Translations under genes and position numbers: made by a program
Assembly (NCBI GenBank): GCA_964014485.1
Contig: CAXHAT010000156.1
Location: 1-19,059, forward strand
Reading direction: 5' to 3'
DNA length: 19,059 bases
Origin: an uncultured Deferribacteres bacterium
GTDB lineage: Bacteria; Zhuqueibacterota; Zhuqueibacteria; Zhuqueibacterales; Geothermadaptataceae
The notes under the pieces: model-generated
What the model saw: only the letters and a program-made list of their open reading frames with translations
Told to the model about the DNA's origin: nothing
Database searches by the model: none
Shown: piece by piece, positions 15,794 to 19,059 of the stretch
Position numbering within the stretch: position 1 is the stretch's first letter
Layout of the letters: the number at the start of each line of letters is the position of its first letter

Positions 15794-17149
15794 ATGGACA
15801 TTCTGCTCGCCGACCATAGTTTCCAAGCCCACGAAAATCTCTCAGACGTTTTGACCGGTGCAGGTTTTTCTACGCACAAATGCTTGCCGGAGCAATTGCC
15901 TAAAATTTTGCAACGCACCCAGCATTTTGATATTGTTTTGCTCGGGATTGATTTCATTGCCGGCGATTTTTCCACCAATCTGGATCAAATTAAAGAAGAG
16001 CACCCCGACGCGCGTGTAATCGTTATCACTGACCGCCAACATGTTGTACAGGCGCTGGAAGCAGTCGAAAACGGTGCGTACACCTACCTCGAAAAACCGT
16101 TCATCCCACAAAAACTCCTGCTCGAAGTTCGCAACTGTGCAACGCAAATTAAGCTTTCTCGGCAGGCGAATTATTTACGAAAAAGCGCAGCCGAATCGGC
16201 GCGGAAAGAACTGCTTGGCGACTCGGAAGTGATGACGGCTTTGAAAAAGCAGATATCGAAGGCCGCGGCTTCAGATGCGCGGGTTTTGATTACGGGGCCG
16301 AACGGCGTGGGTAAAGAATTGGTTGCGGAAGCGCTGCATCACGGCAGCGCGCGTGCAGACAATCCATTGGTCAAAGTAAACTGCGCCGCGATCCCGCGTG
16401 AGTTGATTGAGAGCGAGCTTTTTGGTTATGAACGAGGCGCTTTCACCGGAGCCTACGACCGGAAAATCGGCATGATTGAGGAAGCGGACGGCGGTACGCT
16501 TTTTTTAGACGAAGTTGGAGACATGGCGCTGGAAACGCAGGCGAAATTGCTGCGCGTGCTGCAGGAAAATGAGTTTGTCCGCGTCGGGGGAACGCAGGCC
16601 ATTCCATTTGACGTTCGCGTCATTGCGGCGACGAACAAAAATCTGCGAACGGCAATCAAGAAGGGCGAATTTCGCAGCGATTTGTATTTTCGATTAAATG
16701 TTTTGCCTTTACATGTGCCGAGCTTGGCGGAACATCGCGAAGACATAGAACTTCTGGCGAGGCATTTTCTGAAAAAAGCCGGAGCGCCGCGCGGAGAAGA
16801 AAAACGGCTGTCTACTGATGCGGCTCGCCTGTTGCAAGAATACGCCTGGCCAGGCAACGTGCGAGAACTGCGCAATTACATGGAGCGCGCTGCGATTATG
16901 GTTGAGCGTGATGAGATTAAGCTCGAAGACTTGCAGCGAATTTTGCCTGATCTTTCGGCCTCGCGCGGGAAGATTGAAGCCGGCGCTGTAGGCAGCGGTT
17001 CTTTGCGGGAGCTTTTGGAGAGCTATGAGCATTCACTTTTAGTCAGCGCCTACGAGCAAAGCAAGGGGAATGTGAGCAAGATGGCGAGAATTCTACAGAC
17101 GGACAGGGCAAATTTGCATCGAAAGCTGGCGCGATATAAAATCAGATAG
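15794..17149 (+). CDS. Sigma54-dependent transcriptional activator (NtrC/NtrX-like: receiver-like, AAA+, Fis HTH)
   Basis: GPNGVGKE, VNCAAIP, ESELFGYERGAFTGA, LFLDEVGDM, DLYFRLNV, WPGNVRELRN, C-terminal GNVSKMARIL..DRANLHRKL. Confidence 0.95.
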   Translation: MDILLADHSFQAHENLSDVLTGAGFSTHKCLPEQLPKILQRTQHFDIVLLGIDFIAGDFSTNLDQIKEEHPDARVIVITDRQHVVQALEAVENGAYTYLEKPFIPQKLLLEVRNCATQIKLSRQANYLRKSAAESARKELLGDSEVMTALKKQISKAAASDARVLITGPNGVGKELVAEALHHGSARADNPLVKVNCAAIPRELIESELFGYERGAFTGAYDRKIGMIEEADGGTLFLDEVGDMALETQAKLLRVLQENEFVRVGGTQAIPFDVRVIAATNKNLRTAIKKGEFRSDLYFRLNVLPLHVPSLAEHREDIELLARHFLKKAGAPRGEEKRLSTDAARLLQEYAWPGNVRELRNYMERAAIMVERDEIKLEDLQRILPDLSASRGKIEAGAVGSGSLRELLESYEHSLLVSAYEQSKGNVSKMARILQTDRANLHRKLARYKIR

Positions 17150-17174
17150 CAAGATAAACTTTGAATCACTAAGT

Positions 17175-17438
17175 TTGAGGGGAAAAGATGGGCGGCCGAA
17201 ATTGAAACCGTTGCACACGGAAAGCACATTGGTTGAATCAAAGCTTGCGGCGTTGCGCAGAGTTTCGACAGCGCATTTGCTCGAAACGCTGCGGCCGGGA
17301 TCGCCAAACACGCTTAAAACACGGGAAGACGGAACAATGTTGGACGGACATCATCGGGTTTATATTTTAAAACAGCGCGGGTATAATATTGATTCGCTTC
17401 CGAGAGAAATCATTGACAGAACTAAAGATTTTGAGTAG
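17175..17438 (+). CDS. Small ParB/Srx-fold-like protein (start uncertain: TTG 17175 or TTG 17202)
   Basis: DGTMLDGHHRVYILKQRG matches the ParB/Srx DGHHR motif; stop is 3 nt upstream of the phosphatase ATG. Confidence 0.65.
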   Translation: MRGKDGRPKLKPLHTESTLVESKLAALRRVSTAHLLETLRPGSPNTLKTREDGTMLDGHHRVYILKQRGYNIDSLPREIIDRTKDFE

Positions 17439-17441
17439 ATC

Positions 17442-17951
17442 ATGAATAAAGGCCCTTACTGGATTCCAACTGAATCGCCGGGCAGACTTGCGATTGTGCA
17501 TCGACCACGCGGCGGCGATTGGTTGAAAGATGATACAAAAACCTGGAGCGAAGCAGGATTAACGACTGTTGTTTCCTTGCTCGAACCGCAAGAAGCTGAT
17601 TCGCTTGGGCTAAAAGATGAAGCTCGTTTTTGCCAAGAAATTGGCCTTGACTACCTTTCGTTCCCAATTCCAGATCGAGAAACGCCTGTTTCGCAAAAAT
17701 CGACGATGGAGCTCGTTCAAAAATTAGATAAAAAGCTGGAGACTGGGGAGACGATCGGCGTTCATTGCAGACAGGGAATTGGCAGAGCGCCTCTGATTGC
17801 CGCCTGTCTTCTTATTGAAACAGGCGTGGATGTAAAAAAAGCCCTTCAACGAATTCGAGTTGCTCGCAGATTTGAAGTTCCGGAAACTCTTGAACAGCTT
17901 GAGTGGATCGAAAAATTTGCCAGGCTTGTGGACAACCCGCTTTTTGCTTGA
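17442..17951 (+). CDS. Cys-based protein-tyrosine / dual-specificity phosphatase family protein
   Basis: P-loop VHCRQGIGRA (CX5R), FPIPD general-acid loop, VVSLLE, VPETLEQ. Confidence 0.92.
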   Translation: MNKGPYWIPTESPGRLAIVHRPRGGDWLKDDTKTWSEAGLTTVVSLLEPQEADSLGLKDEARFCQEIGLDYLSFPIPDRETPVSQKSTMELVQKLDKKLETGETIGVHCRQGIGRAPLIAACLLIETGVDVKKALQRIRVARRFEVPETLEQLEWIEKFARLVDNPLFA

Positions 17952-17987
17952 TCTGAATGTTTCGCCTGATTCAATAGCTTACAAAAT

Positions 17988-18023
17988 AAAAAAGCCGCCC
18001 TGAAATTTCAGAGCGGCTTTTTT
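17988..18023. terminator. Bidirectional rho-independent terminator
   Basis: aaaaaa-gccgccctgaa-at-ttcagagcggc-tttttt between convergent genes. Confidence 0.9.
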
Positions 18024-18041
18024 GTGCTGTCGCTATTTTGT

Positions 18042-18863
18042 TTATGTGGTCGTTGCTTTCAATTTAAAACGAATGGGGATATTGATTTCTACTTTCACCG
18101 GCCTGTCCCTCTGCATCGCCGGGCTCCATTTGACGTCTTGCACTGCAGCAACTGCAGCGTCTTCAAAACCAACTTTGCTGCCGGTTCCTTTTAAAACGCT
18201 GGCGCGCTCGACCGTCCCTTGCTCATTCACCAGTACAGTCACGATCACAAGCCCTTCAATTCCCGCTTTCCTCGCAATAGAGGGGTAAACGAGGTTTTTG
18301 TAAAGCGCCGACATGCCGCCGATAGGCTTGGGCGGCGTATCATACTCGACAAAAATGAATGACTCTTCCACAGTTTCGGCAGGCGCGTCCGGGGGCGGAG
18401 GAATGTCTTCAAAATCGATTTCAGCAAAATGAATCGTCTCGTCTTCCGGGATTTCATCGTCTTCTGAAGGAATCGGAATCGCAGGTCTTTCAGGAACCGG
18501 CGGACGAACGATTTGTTCGGTAGGCGGAATCTGTTCGACGATCAATTCTTCAGGGACAAAATCAAAGCTTTTTGATTCGGGAGCGTATGAACGCATTGCA
18601 AAAGAAAAACCCAACGTTAGGGCAAGCGCGCCAACAAAACCGATTTCACCGGCTCTTTTGTGCGTGGATTGCAAATTGAGTTTATGGTCGCGTTCTATCG
18701 TTTTGACTGGTTTCCTGGATTTCCACCAAGCGAGGCTTTCTTCGGTCTCTTTTATCTTTCCGAGTTCAACGCCGGTCGGGTTGAAGCTCTTTCCATTCCT
18801 TGTAATAAACATCATATATTCCTTTTTGACAATCATTTGCAAATGAGTTTGATAGAGCCGCAT
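18042..18863 (-). CDS. Energy transducer TonB family protein (true start may be a downstream Met)
   Basis: Single TM (IGFVGALALTLGFSFAM), Pro/acidic linker, TonB C-terminal domain YPSIARKAGIEGLVIVTVLVNEQG...AAVAAV...WSPAMQRDRPVKV...IPIRFKL. Confidence 0.9.
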   Translation of the reverse strand: MRLYQTHLQMIVKKEYMMFITRNGKSFNPTGVELGKIKETEESLAWWKSRKPVKTIERDHKLNLQSTHKRAGEIGFVGALALTLGFSFAMRSYAPESKSFDFVPEELIVEQIPPTEQIVRPPVPERPAIPIPSEDDEIPEDETIHFAEIDFEDIPPPPDAPAETVEESFIFVEYDTPPKPIGGMSALYKNLVYPSIARKAGIEGLVIVTVLVNEQGTVERASVLKGTGSKVGFEDAAVAAVQDVKWSPAMQRDRPVKVEINIPIRFKLKATTT

Positions 18864-18966
18864 TACGGAGCTGACGGCAGTTGGTTTCAGTCCCGCTATA
18901 AAGCCCCTGTTAAAAAAACGTTAAACACGGGTTCCGGGAGAGTCCAGATTGAATCTTTGATACTCA

Positions 18967-19059
18967 CTGATGTTACGCGCTAGCTTCATAATACAGCAAC
19001 ATTCTATCAAAGTCATTCGGCGGCGGCGCTCTACCCCCAACCTAATTTCGAGACGCCCA
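18967..19059 (+). mobile_element. Left end of a further CTGATGTTACGC MITE, truncated by the window edge
   Basis: ctgatgttacgcgc at 18967-18980. The following AT-rich stretch and GTCATTC parallel 8531-8581. Confidence 0.6.

Overview
Bacterial chromosomal window, mostly + strand; gene content suggests an FCB-group lineage such as KSB1/Calditrichota (inference only). The housekeeping backbone is a GH113-like hydrolase (5'-truncated), DUF1761, recA, an inserted secreted hypothetical, recX, alaS, a group-II-like GGGP synthase, a PHP tyrosine phosphatase, a BatA/vWA protein, hflX, a sigma54 activator and a TonB protein. Accessory material sits in many gene junctions. (i) A small GIY-YIG nuclease gene lies among copies of a TGTCATTCAGGAGGAATCTATTTTG repeat that also occurs 5 kb away as a gene-less inverted doublet, a RAYT/REP-like layout with no transposase. 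(ii) Several MITE-like elements with different terminal inverted repeats carry REP-like doublets, including a multi-layer nest at 8531-8862. (iii) A PIN toxin-antitoxin pair is bracketed by a ~105 bp duplication of the BatA-gene 3' end, and the second copy is still ATGA-coupled to a HEPN-motif TIGR02391-like gene. (iv) A mini ParB/Srx protein is paired with a Cys-based phosphatase. No rRNA, tRNA, CRISPR array, integrase or transposase was recognised.
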